Source: an uncultured Thermodesulfobacteriota bacterium (GTDB lineage Bacteria > Desulfobacterota > B13-G15). Taken from it: a stretch of DNA of 32,000 bases. The position numbers and the translations under genes are program-made. Below are positions 8,419 through 16,469 of this stretch, piece by piece. Where the stretch lies: assembly GCA_964525275.1 (NCBI GenBank), contig CAZGDM010000017.1:835-32834 (forward strand), read 5' to 3'. The notes under the pieces are model-generated. The model had not been told where the DNA came from. It did not search any database and was given only the letters and a program-made list of their open reading frames with translations. Position 1 is the first letter of the stretch, and every line of letters starts with the position of its first letter.

Positions 8419-9430
8419 GGTCGGTGTCCTCGGCGGTGGTTATTGGGGAAAGAATGTCATAAGGAACCTCAGAAGGATGGAGGACGTCGAAGTCGTCCTC
8501 CTTTGCGATCCTTACGAAGGGGCGAGACGGGAGGCCCTGGAGCTCTTCCCCGGGATAGAGGTAACCTCAGATCCAGAGGTCCTCTTCGGGGATCCGCGGG
8601 TGGACGCCGTAGCGGTGATCACCCCTCCATCCCTTCACGCATCCCCGGCGAAGAGGGCCCTGGAGGCGGGAAAACACGTCTTCGTGGAAAAGCCCATGGC
8701 CATGAGTTACGAAGAGGGTCGCGAGCTGGTGGAGCTCGCCCGAAGGGATGGCAGGGTCCTCTTCGTCGACGAGACCTTCCTCTATGACCCAGCCCTTCAC
8801 GTGGTGAAGGACCTGTTGGACGGCGGTGCCATCGGGAGGGTCCACCACGTGCTCTTGGAGCGCTTGGGGATGGGGAGGATCCGATGTGAATCCAACGTCT
8901 GGTGGAACTCGGCCCCCCACGACCTGTCCATCCTCCGCTTCCTCATCCCTCGGCCGGTGAGGTCCATATCCGTAAGGGGCCACTCCTTCCTCGAGGGAAG
9001 GCTCGAGGACGTGGCCTTCGGGACCTTGGAGCTTGAGGGAGGGGTCTCCGCGTGGGTTCATCTGAGCTGGTGCCATCCCATAAGTACGGCGAGCCTGGTG
9101 GCAGTGGGAGATCGGGGGGCCGTCTTTTACGAGGGGAGGTTCAAAAAGCGAAAGGTGGTCCTCTACCGTTACGAGATCGGGGAACGCCCCAAGGAGTTGG
9201 TATGGGGGGTTCCCTCGCCCAACTTCATCCCCGCACGGTGCCTTCAGGAAAGGGAGTACACCGACTTCGGCCCCACGGAACCCCTTTACGCCTCCCTTGA
9301 GGCCTTCATCCAGGCCATAAGGGACGGCAGGGATGCCCCCTCCCTTGGCAAATACTCCCTCGAGACCTTGAAGGTACTCGATGCCGGTGATCGCTCCATG
9401 AGGGAAGGAGGCGCAAAGATCGACCTGTGA
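8408..9430 (+). CDS. Gfo/Idh/MocA-family NAD(P)-dependent sugar oxidoreductase
   Basis: GTG start 7 nt after an aaggagg SD. N-terminal Rossmann IRVGVLGGGYWGKNVIRNL. EKPMA motif in VFVEKPMAMS. Confidence 0.85.
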   Translation: MAIRVGVLGGGYWGKNVIRNLRRMEDVEVVLLCDPYEGARREALELFPGIEVTSDPEVLFGDPRVDAVAVITPPSLHASPAKRALEAGKHVFVEKPMAMSYEEGRELVELARRDGRVLFVDETFLYDPALHVVKDLLDGGAIGRVHHVLLERLGMGRIRCESNVWWNSAPHDLSILRFLIPRPVRSISVRGHSFLEGRLEDVAFGTLELEGGVSAWVHLSWCHPISTASLVAVGDRGAVFYEGRFKKRKVVLYRYEIGERPKELVWGVPSPNFIPARCLQEREYTDFGPTEPLYASLEAFIQAIRDGRDAPSLGKYSLETLKVLDAGDRSMREGGAKIDL

Positions 9431-10368
9431 GCGGCCGCAGGGGATTGAAGATAGGCCTCAAGGCCGCGGTGAGCGGGGCGATCTTCGTCTATCTGCTCAC
9501 CAAGGCCCCCGTTGGGAAGCTCGGCTCCCTGATCTTGCAAGCTGACCACAGCTTCTGGCTCGCTGCCTTCCTGCTGTATCTGGCAGGACAGTTGCTGTCC
9601 GCCTACAAATGGGGGCTTTTGGCCGAACCCCTCGGATTGAAGAGGCCCTACCGGCAACTGGTCGCCTTCTACTTCATAGGGATGTATTTCAACCTCTTTA
9701 TGGTGGGCTCCATGGGGGGCGACTTGATGAGGGTGTGGCTACTGGCAGGCAGGGAGGACAGCCGGATGCGGTCGGCCTACTCCATCTTCGCCGAGCGTTT
9801 CACCGGTGGGATGGCCTTGATCACCATAGCAGCCCTGGCCTCCCTGTCCTCCTTCAGCTATCTCCTGCCCCGGGGGTTGAAGATAGGGGTGATCCTCGGC
9901 TCCTTAGGGGTGTGGGCCTTCGTGGCGGTCTTGCCCCGCATCGTCGAGGCCTTCCCCCGTCTGCAGAGACTGGCGGCTCGTTTCAAACTCGGGGACTTCA
10001 CCCTCTACTGGTCCCGACCAGGGCGGATGGCCGTGGTGCTCGCCCTATCCTTCCTCTTTCAGGCGATGAACATCTTGGTGGTGGCCCTCCTGGGTAAGGC
10101 CGTGGGACTGGGGGTGCCCCTTTCGGCCTATTTCTTCGTGGTCCCGGTGGTGGACCTGGTAAGCGTGCTGCCGGTGAGCATAAGTGGCCTCGGAGTGAGG
10201 GAGGGTTCCTATGTCTTCCTCCTGCACCTCCTCGGGGCGGAGACCACGACGGCCTTTGCCTGTAGCCTTCTGGTGTTGTCCGTGGTGGTGTTGTCAGGGG
10301 CAATAGGGGGAGTGGTCTACTTGCTCACCGATTACCCCATGGTCATACGGAGAAAGAGGACTCCATGA
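9427..10368 (+). CDS. UPF0104 / lysyl-PG-synthase-TM (MprF flippase-domain-like) membrane protein
   Basis: 313 aa, polytopic. GSMGGDLMRVWLL resembles the conserved GGDxxR motif of the flippase-like family. GTGA overlap upstream and ATGA overlap downstream. Confidence 0.75.
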   Translation: MSGRRGLKIGLKAAVSGAIFVYLLTKAPVGKLGSLILQADHSFWLAAFLLYLAGQLLSAYKWGLLAEPLGLKRPYRQLVAFYFIGMYFNLFMVGSMGGDLMRVWLLAGREDSRMRSAYSIFAERFTGGMALITIAALASLSSFSYLLPRGLKIGVILGSLGVWAFVAVLPRIVEAFPRLQRLAARFKLGDFTLYWSRPGRMAVVLALSFLFQAMNILVVALLGKAVGLGVPLSAYFFVVPVVDLVSVLPVSISGLGVREGSYVFLLHLLGAETTTAFACSLLVLSVVVLSGAIGGVVYLLTDYPMVIRRKRTP

Positions 10369-12002
10369 GAGCGATCCTCGGGGTGGCCCTTCTGGCTTCC
10401 TTCCTCTTCCTCTTTCGGCTGGGTTCCACAGGTATCATCTACCCCTCCAACGAACCCCGGAGGATGCTCCTGGCCAAGGACATGGTCAATGAACACCACT
10501 GGGTAGTCCCCCACCTTTTGGGGAAGCCCTATATCCACAAACCCCCTATGCTTATCTGGCTCCTGGCCTCCAGTTACCGCATTACTGGACGGACTGATCT
10601 CTGGAGCACTCGGGTACCGACGGCGTTAATGGGGATATTGGGGGTGGTGGTAACGGCGCTCTTCGGCCGCGCGCTCTTCGGAAGGGAGGTGGGCATCGCT
10701 TCAGGGTTGATCCTGGCCACCTCTCCCCTCTGGATCGAGCGGGCTCGGCTGGCAGAGGAGGATGTGGTCCTCGCCCTGTGGGTAGTCCTCGCCCTTTACG
10801 CCTTCTGGCTCGGTTGGAAGGAGGGAAAGGGAAAACTCTACCTGGCCTTCTACCTTTTCATGGCCTGTGGTTGTATGACAAAGCTCGCCTCGGGCCTGAT
10901 CTTCCCCGGCTTGGCAGTGACGGCCTTCCTCCTGGGGAGGAGGGACCTGCGGGCCTTCCTCAGGATGAAACCCCTCTGGGGCCTCCTGATCCTCTGTGGT
11001 TTGGTCCTCCCTTGGTACCTTTACGCCTATCACCTGGTGGGATTCGGCCGTGCAGAGGGGATACTGTTGGAGGACACCTGGTACAAGGTCTTTCCCACTC
11101 ATGGGGGGAAACCTCCCTATCACTATCTCCTCTCCACCTTTCCCTATTTCCTTCCCTGGAGCCTTTTTCTGCCCGCGGCTGCCGTATTCTTCTGGCAGGA
11201 GCGCAAGAAGCTGGACGATAGGGGATGGTTTTTGCTGGCCTGGATCGTACCCAATCTCTTATTCTTCTCCCTCGCCGGAGCGAAGAGGGACGAGTACATC
11301 CTTCCCCTTTACCCCGCCCTGGCCATCTCGGTGGCCTTCTTATGGCGGGAGTTCCTCCAGGGAAGGGGTTCTCCCCTCTTCAAAAGGGTCTTCGCCTTGG
11401 GCTGCAAGGCCTTCACTGCCCTGGTGATCCTCGGCGCCATAGGCCTCCTCTCTTCAGGGCTTTTTCTCCGTAGCCTTCCTTTGGTCCGTGGCCCCGGAGG
11501 GCTCAAGCCCCTGTTGCTGGGAGGGGGGCTAATGCTATGCGGCCTCTGGGCATTTCTCGGGATGAGGAGGGGGAATTACAGGTCCCTCTTCCCCTCCTTG
11601 GTCACCGTTGGCGTACTCCTCTTCTTGGTCCACAACCTCTACATCACCCCTGCATTCCTGTGGTACAAGACCCCCCACCCCTTCTGTGACCGGGCCAAGG
11701 AGGTGCTGCAGGGGAGGGTCCCCTATCTCTTCAGGGGAGGAGGGCTTTACCTCCAGAACGAATGGGACGGGAGGCTCCAGGACATAAGCCTCGCTGAACT
11801 GAAAGAACGCCTCATGAGGGGAGAGCAGATCTACCTCCTCACAGAGAAGAGGGGCATTGAAACCCTGAAGCGGGAGGGCATCCCCTTTCAGCTCCTCCTC
11901 CAACAGAAGCCCTTCCTCAAGAGGAGGTGGGACATCGCCCTGGTGCAGGTGAAGGGTTATAATAACAACGAGGAGTCCGAAGATGGATCGAAAACTGATT
12001 GA
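10365..12002 (+). CDS. Second ArnT-like GT-C glycosyltransferase (family 39 / PMT_2), divergent paralogue
   Basis: 545 aa polytopic protein. Has YIHKPPMLIW and GAKRDEYILPLYPA (compare QAKRGLYLLPLYPA in the first copy). The first-loop motif is SNEPRRMLLAKDM rather than DEPRYAE. Confidence 0.85.
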   Translation: MRAILGVALLASFLFLFRLGSTGIIYPSNEPRRMLLAKDMVNEHHWVVPHLLGKPYIHKPPMLIWLLASSYRITGRTDLWSTRVPTALMGILGVVVTALFGRALFGREVGIASGLILATSPLWIERARLAEEDVVLALWVVLALYAFWLGWKEGKGKLYLAFYLFMACGCMTKLASGLIFPGLAVTAFLLGRRDLRAFLRMKPLWGLLILCGLVLPWYLYAYHLVGFGRAEGILLEDTWYKVFPTHGGKPPYHYLLSTFPYFLPWSLFLPAAAVFFWQERKKLDDRGWFLLAWIVPNLLFFSLAGAKRDEYILPLYPALAISVAFLWREFLQGRGSPLFKRVFALGCKAFTALVILGAIGLLSSGLFLRSLPLVRGPGGLKPLLLGGGLMLCGLWAFLGMRRGNYRSLFPSLVTVGVLLFLVHNLYITPAFLWYKTPHPFCDRAKEVLQGRVPYLFRGGGLYLQNEWDGRLQDISLAELKERLMRGEQIYLLTEKRGIETLKREGIPFQLLLQQKPFLKRRWDIALVQVKGYNNNEESEDGSKTD

Positions 12003-12744
12003 GCGTGCCGCACGGGACATCCTCCGGTCGAAGAGGGCGGTGGCCTTCACCGGGGCTGGTATATCTGTGGAGAGCGGCATCCCGGACTTTCGGAGCCCTG
12101 GGGGGCTGTGGAGTCGCTTCGACCCCATGGAGTACGCCCACATAGAGTCCTTCAGACGCAATCCGGAGAAGGTCTGGGAGATGTTGAAGGAGATGCTCTC
12201 CCTGACCCTGGGGGCCAAGCCCAATCCGGCCCACCGCGCCTTGGCGGAGCTGGAGGAGATGGGACTCCTCAGGGCCGTCATCACCCAGAACGTGGATGGG
12301 CTCCATCAGCGGGCCGGAAGCCGCGAGGTCATCGAGTACCACGGCACCCAGGACTGGCTGGTATGTCTCTCATGCGGCTGGAGGAGGCGTTCAGAGGGCC
12401 TGGACCTGCACCATCTCCCGCCACGGTGTGAGCATTGCGGGGCCATCCTCAAACCCGATGTGGTCTTTTTCGGCGAGCCCATCCCATGGCAGGCCCAGGT
12501 CAAGGCCGCAGAGGAGGCCCGTCAGTGCGACCTCATGCTGGTGGTGGGCACCTCGGCGGTGGTCTTCCCCGCGGGGGAGCTCCCCAGAATAGCCAAGGAC
12601 AGGGGGGCGGTGATAATAGAGATCAACAAGGAACCCACCGTGCTCACAGGGGCCGTCTCCGACTACCTCATCCAGGGGGAGGCGGGGAAGGTCCTTCCGA
12701 AGATCGTCGAGGAGGTAAAGCGGCTGAGAGATGCGAACCGCTGA
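11983..12744 (+). CDS. cobB: NAD-dependent protein deacylase, Sir2 family
   Basis: Has FTGAGISVESGIPDFRSPGGLW, QNVDGLHQRAG, catalytic His in IEYHGT, and the Zn site CLSC...CEHC. Overlaps the GT39 gene by 20 nt. Confidence 0.9.
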   Translation: MDRKLIERAARDILRSKRAVAFTGAGISVESGIPDFRSPGGLWSRFDPMEYAHIESFRRNPEKVWEMLKEMLSLTLGAKPNPAHRALAELEEMGLLRAVITQNVDGLHQRAGSREVIEYHGTQDWLVCLSCGWRRRSEGLDLHHLPPRCEHCGAILKPDVVFFGEPIPWQAQVKAAEEARQCDLMLVVGTSAVVFPAGELPRIAKDRGAVIIEINKEPTVLTGAVSDYLIQGEAGKVLPKIVEEVKRLRDANR

Positions 12745-13711
12745 GGTCACCAGCTTGCGATTCCCTGACCTCGAGAAGGCCCGGACCCTCTTCGGTCCGG
12801 GCAACGAACACCTCCGCATCCTCGAAAGACACCTCGAGGTGAAGATCCACACCAAAGGCGATCAGGTGGTCATCGAGGGGGAGGAGGGGGACCGCAACCT
12901 CGCCCGCAAGGCCCTGGAGGGCCTTTACGGCCTCGTCTCCAAGGGATACCCCCTTTACAGCACCGACGTGGAGTACGCCTTGAGGATCATCTCGGGAAAT
13001 GGCGCGGCCAAGCTCGAAGAGGTGTTCCTGGACACGGTCTTCGTATCCGCCAGAAAGAAGGTGATCACCCCCAAGACCGTGACCCAGAAGGAGTACATCG
13101 ACGCCATCAGACGCCATCCCATCGTGGTCGGCATAGGACCCGCGGGCACCGGAAAGACCTACTTGGCCATGGCCATGGCCCTGAACTTCCTCACCAAAAA
13201 GGAGGTCAAGAGGATCATCCTGGCACGGCCGGCCGTGGAGGCCGGGGAGAAACTGGGCTTCCTGCCTGGGGATCTTTACGAAAAGGTCAACCCCTACTTG
13301 AGGCCCCTATACGACGCCCTTTACGACATGCTGGATTACGATCAGGCCTCTCGCCTCATCGAACGGGGGGTGATAGAAGTGGCCCCCCTTGCCTTCATGA
13401 GGGGAAGGACCCTAACCGATGCCTTCGTGATCCTGGATGAGGCCCAGAACACCAAACCCGAACAGATGAAGATGTTCCTCACACGCATGGGTTTCGGGTC
13501 CAAAGTGGTCATCACCGGGGATATCACCCAGGTGGACCTCCCGGAGGGGAAGACCTCGGGGCTCGTTCAGATCCAGCATATCCTCAAAGGCATCCGCGGG
13601 ATCAAGTTCATCTACTTCAGCGAACGCGACGTAATCCGCCACCCCATAGTCCAAGACATCATAAAGGCCTACGAGCGGGCAGAAAGGGGAGAGGACCCTT
13701 CTAAGGATTGA
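12731..13711 (+). CDS. phoH: PhoH-like ATPase (YbeZ family)
   Basis: Walker A GPAGTGKTYLAMAMAL, ILDEAQN, ITGDITQVDLP. 326 aa. Confidence 0.9.
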   Translation: MRTAEVTSLRFPDLEKARTLFGPGNEHLRILERHLEVKIHTKGDQVVIEGEEGDRNLARKALEGLYGLVSKGYPLYSTDVEYALRIISGNGAAKLEEVFLDTVFVSARKKVITPKTVTQKEYIDAIRRHPIVVGIGPAGTGKTYLAMAMALNFLTKKEVKRIILARPAVEAGEKLGFLPGDLYEKVNPYLRPLYDALYDMLDYDQASRLIERGVIEVAPLAFMRGRTLTDAFVILDEAQNTKPEQMKMFLTRMGFGSKVVITGDITQVDLPEGKTSGLVQIQHILKGIRGIKFIYFSERDVIRHPIVQDIIKAYERAERGEDPSKD

Positions 13712-13718
13712 GGATGGG

Positions 13719-14135
13719 GTGACGATCACCGACAGACAGCGTCTGCAGCGCGTCGACCCCCACTGGGTGGCGGAGGTGGCGGAGAAGGTTCTGCGATACC
13801 TCGGCCTTCAAGACAGGGAACTCAGCATCTTGCTCGTCTCAGACGATGAGATCACCGAGCTCAACCGCCGCTGGCTCCAAAGGGACCGCCCTACCAACGT
13901 CATCGCCTTCCCCATGGATGGCCCTCAGGACTTCGTCCTCGGCGACGTGGTGATATCCACCGAGACCGCAGAGCGGGAGGCCGCTGAAAGGGGGGTAGGG
14001 TTGGAGGAACACCTTGCCCTTTTGCTGGTGCACGGGATCCTGCACCTGCTGGGCTACGATCACGAAAGGGGTGGGGAAGAAGAGCTTGCCATGAGGGCCA
14101 AGGAAGAGGAGTTGCTCCAAGCGATCTTGCGTTAA
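13719..14135 (+). CDS. ybeY: rRNA maturation endoribonuclease YbeY
   Basis: HGILHLLGYDHE zinc-binding motif. 138 aa, GTG start. Canonical phoH-ybeY adjacency. Confidence 0.9.
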   Translation: MTITDRQRLQRVDPHWVAEVAEKVLRYLGLQDRELSILLVSDDEITELNRRWLQRDRPTNVIAFPMDGPQDFVLGDVVISTETAEREAAERGVGLEEHLALLLVHGILHLLGYDHERGGEEELAMRAKEEELLQAILR

Positions 14136-14167
14136 ACCTTTGCCTATCTCCCTCGTCTAAAGAGAGG

Positions 14168-14656
14168 ATGGACGGAACGGAATTCCTGCGGTTGGTACGT
14201 CGAGCCCAGGCCCCTTTGCTCTCCTTCCTCATGCGTCTGGGCCACGATCGGGAGGAAGCTGAAGAGATCCTGCAGGGGGCCTTGCTCCGGGCGTGGGAGG
14301 GACGAAATGGCTTCAGGGGGCGCTCTCAGTTTAAAACCTGGCTCTTCAAGATCGCCCTCAACCTCTCGAGGGATCGCCACAGGGAGAGGGAACGGCTCAG
14401 GGAGATGCCCGAGGACCTCACCTCTTCCCACGACCCGTTGGGAGAGGTCATCGCCCGGGAGGAGAGGGAAAGGCTGCTACAGGCCTTACAGGGACTACCG
14501 GAAAGGCAGAGGATGGCACTCTTGTTAAAGGTCTATGGCGAGATGAAGTACACGGAGGTAGCGGAGGTGATGGGGTGTTCGGTGGGGGCAGCCAAGGCCC
14601 ATTTCCACCACGCCCTCTACAAACTCAAGGAGGCCCTCAGGGAAGATGAAGTGTGA
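14168..14656 (+). CDS. ECF-subfamily RNA polymerase sigma-70 factor
   Basis: Region 2 is FKTWLFKIALNLSRDRHR. Region 4 is LPERQRMALLLKVYGEMKYTEVAEVMGCSVGAAKAHFHHA. 162 aa. Confidence 0.9.
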   Translation: MDGTEFLRLVRRAQAPLLSFLMRLGHDREEAEEILQGALLRAWEGRNGFRGRSQFKTWLFKIALNLSRDRHRERERLREMPEDLTSSHDPLGEVIAREERERLLQALQGLPERQRMALLLKVYGEMKYTEVAEVMGCSVGAAKAHFHHALYKLKEALREDEV

Positions 14657-15152
14657 GAGGATAAGGGAACTCATCCCCGATCTCCTGGGAAAGGAGATCG
14701 GTCTAAGGGACCGCCTGCTGCTTGAGCTCCACCTCCTCGGTTGCAGCAGCTGCCGCACCGAGGTGAAGGAACTTCGGAGGGTGATGAAGGCCCTCGAGGC
14801 CCTGAAGGTCCGCGAGAAGACGAGGGTGCAACTCCCGGAAGTTGAGGTCGAAAAAAGGGGCTCTCCCCTCTGGTGGAAGGTGATTCCTGCGGCAGTCGCC
14901 GCAGGGCTCATCTTAGGCCTATGGCTTTATCGGCCGAGGGGACCCCAGTTCTCTGAACCCCCTTCTGGGCTCTTCGCCTGGGGAGGAATAGAGGAGTTCG
15001 TCGAAGCCATGCCAGATGAGGCATGGCAAAGGTTAGTGCAACTCTACCTTCCGCAGGGTGGAGAAGAATGGGAGGAGATCCTCCTCGGTTCTTCAGAGGA
15101 AGACCAACTCCTTCCATGGGAACTCGACTACGAAGAAGGAGGGCGGACATGA
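14646..15152 (+). CDS. Zinc-binding (zf-HC2/ZAS) membrane anti-sigma factor
   Basis: H-x3-C-x2-C motif in HLLGCSSC. One TM helix (WWKVIPAAVAAGLILGLWLY). Overlaps the sigma gene by 11 nt. Confidence 0.8.
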   Translation: MKCERIRELIPDLLGKEIGLRDRLLLELHLLGCSSCRTEVKELRRVMKALEALKVREKTRVQLPEVEVEKRGSPLWWKVIPAAVAAGLILGLWLYRPRGPQFSEPPSGLFAWGGIEEFVEAMPDEAWQRLVQLYLPQGGEEWEEILLGSSEEDQLLPWELDYEEGGRT

Positions 15153-15619
15153 AGAAGAAAGGGTTAATCGCAGTAATCGCCTTGCTCCTCATGGCAACAC
15201 CCCTCTGGGCAGGATGGCCTTCGGGACCAAAGGGGCGCCGGTGGAAGGACTTCGAGATGCTGAGGATGTGGAGGCTGACGGAGGAACTCGATCTCTCCGA
15301 AGAGGAGGCCGCCAAGGTCTTTCCGCTTCTTAAGCGTTACAGCCAAAAGAGGCGGGATCTACAGCTCAAGCGACGCAAGCTCCTCAGGGAACTGCAGGAG
15401 CTGTTGGATGAGGGTGCCACGAGGGAGAGGCTCTCGGAGAAGATGGGCGAGATCGAAAAGGTTATGCGAGAACTGGAGGAAACCCGATGGGAGGAATGGG
15501 AAAGACTCAAGGACATCCTCCCCCCTCGAAAGCAGGCCCGTTATCTCCTGTTTCACCATCGCTTCGTAAAAGACCTGTGGCGCATCATGAGGAAACCGGG
15601 GGAGCCTCCTCCAAGGTAG
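15149..15619 (+). CDS. Secreted coiled-coil periplasmic protein, Spy/CpxP/heavy-metal-sensor-like (LTxxQ-type)
   Basis: I place the start at ATG 15149 (ATGA overlap with the anti-sigma stop), not at the 15023 of the track. Signal peptide MKKKGLIAVIALLLMATPLWAG. Charged helical repeats with LTEELDL / LPPRKQARYLLF motifs. Confidence 0.65.
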   Translation: MKKKGLIAVIALLLMATPLWAGWPSGPKGRRWKDFEMLRMWRLTEELDLSEEEAAKVFPLLKRYSQKRRDLQLKRRKLLRELQELLDEGATRERLSEKMGEIEKVMRELEETRWEEWERLKDILPPRKQARYLLFHHRFVKDLWRIMRKPGEPPPR

Positions 15620-16256
15620 CCACCAACGTCACCACCTCCCGGAGGGAGGAGAGGAGATGGTCTGGCCCCATGTCCTCCAGCTCCTCCCTCCCCCCCTCCC
15701 CTCCTAAGACCAGAGCCACTGGAACACCGACGGCCCGTGCAGCTTGAAGGTCTGAGGGACTGTCGCCCACAAAGAGGGCCTCGCGGGGGCTCGAACCGAG
15801 GATCCTGAGGCACCTCCTCAACCCCTCTGGATCCGGCTTGAGGAACCTCACATCTTCTCTCGTGATCACCACGTCCAAAAACCTCCGCAACCCCAGGCGG
15901 AGGAGGGCTTCTTCCGCTGCACGCCCTACATTGGTCACCACCCCGAGTCCTATCCCTTCTCCACGCAGGACTTCGAGGACCTCCTGGGATCCGTCCCTGG
16001 GCGACCAACGCTTGAGGGCGTCCTGATCATACCGATCGTAGACCTCGCCCAACTGCCCCATCACCCGAGGTAAGCGCTCCGGGGGAGAGAGCCTGATGGC
16101 CCGGTTCCAAAGGCGAGCGTAGTTGTCCCCTTTGAAGTCCTCAAGGTCAAAGCCCAGGGCCTCAAGGCGGGATCTCAACTCCGCCTCGGCCTCCTCGAGC
16201 CGCCATTGGAAGTCCACCAGGGTCCCCTCAAAGTCGAAGATCACGGCCTTGAGCAC
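15585..16256 (-). CDS. HAD-superfamily hydrolase with variant motif I (DFEGT)
   Basis: Has VIFDFEGTLVD, GVVTNVGR and FVGDSPSDLQAARAVG. I prefer GTG at 16256, which has a ggaggg SD 8 nt upstream. The 59-aa N-terminal extension of track ORF 15585..16433 has no HAD-like content. Start is uncertain. Confidence 0.7.
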   Translation of the reverse strand: MLKAVIFDFEGTLVDFQWRLEEAEAELRSRLEALGFDLEDFKGDNYARLWNRAIRLSPPERLPRVMGQLGEVYDRYDQDALKRWSPRDGSQEVLEVLRGEGIGLGVVTNVGRAAEEALLRLGLRRFLDVVITREDVRFLKPDPEGLRRCLRILGSSPREALFVGDSPSDLQAARAVGVPVALVLGGEGGREELEDMGPDHLLSSLREVVTLVATLEEAPPVSS

Positions 16257-16469
16257 TTCAACATCCCTCCGAAGAAGAAGCCGTTCCTGGCCTGGACATT
16301 TTATCACCTTTGAGGATAACCTTGCACCGTGCTCATCTGGCCCGATTGCATCCCCGAGCATTACATCTTCCCCGCTCAACTTAGCTTGCACTACAAAGTA
16401 CCCTCCTGGGCTCGCAGCAATCCCGGGGTCCAATCATCCCGAATGGCACAGCACCCCTATCCACCAGCA

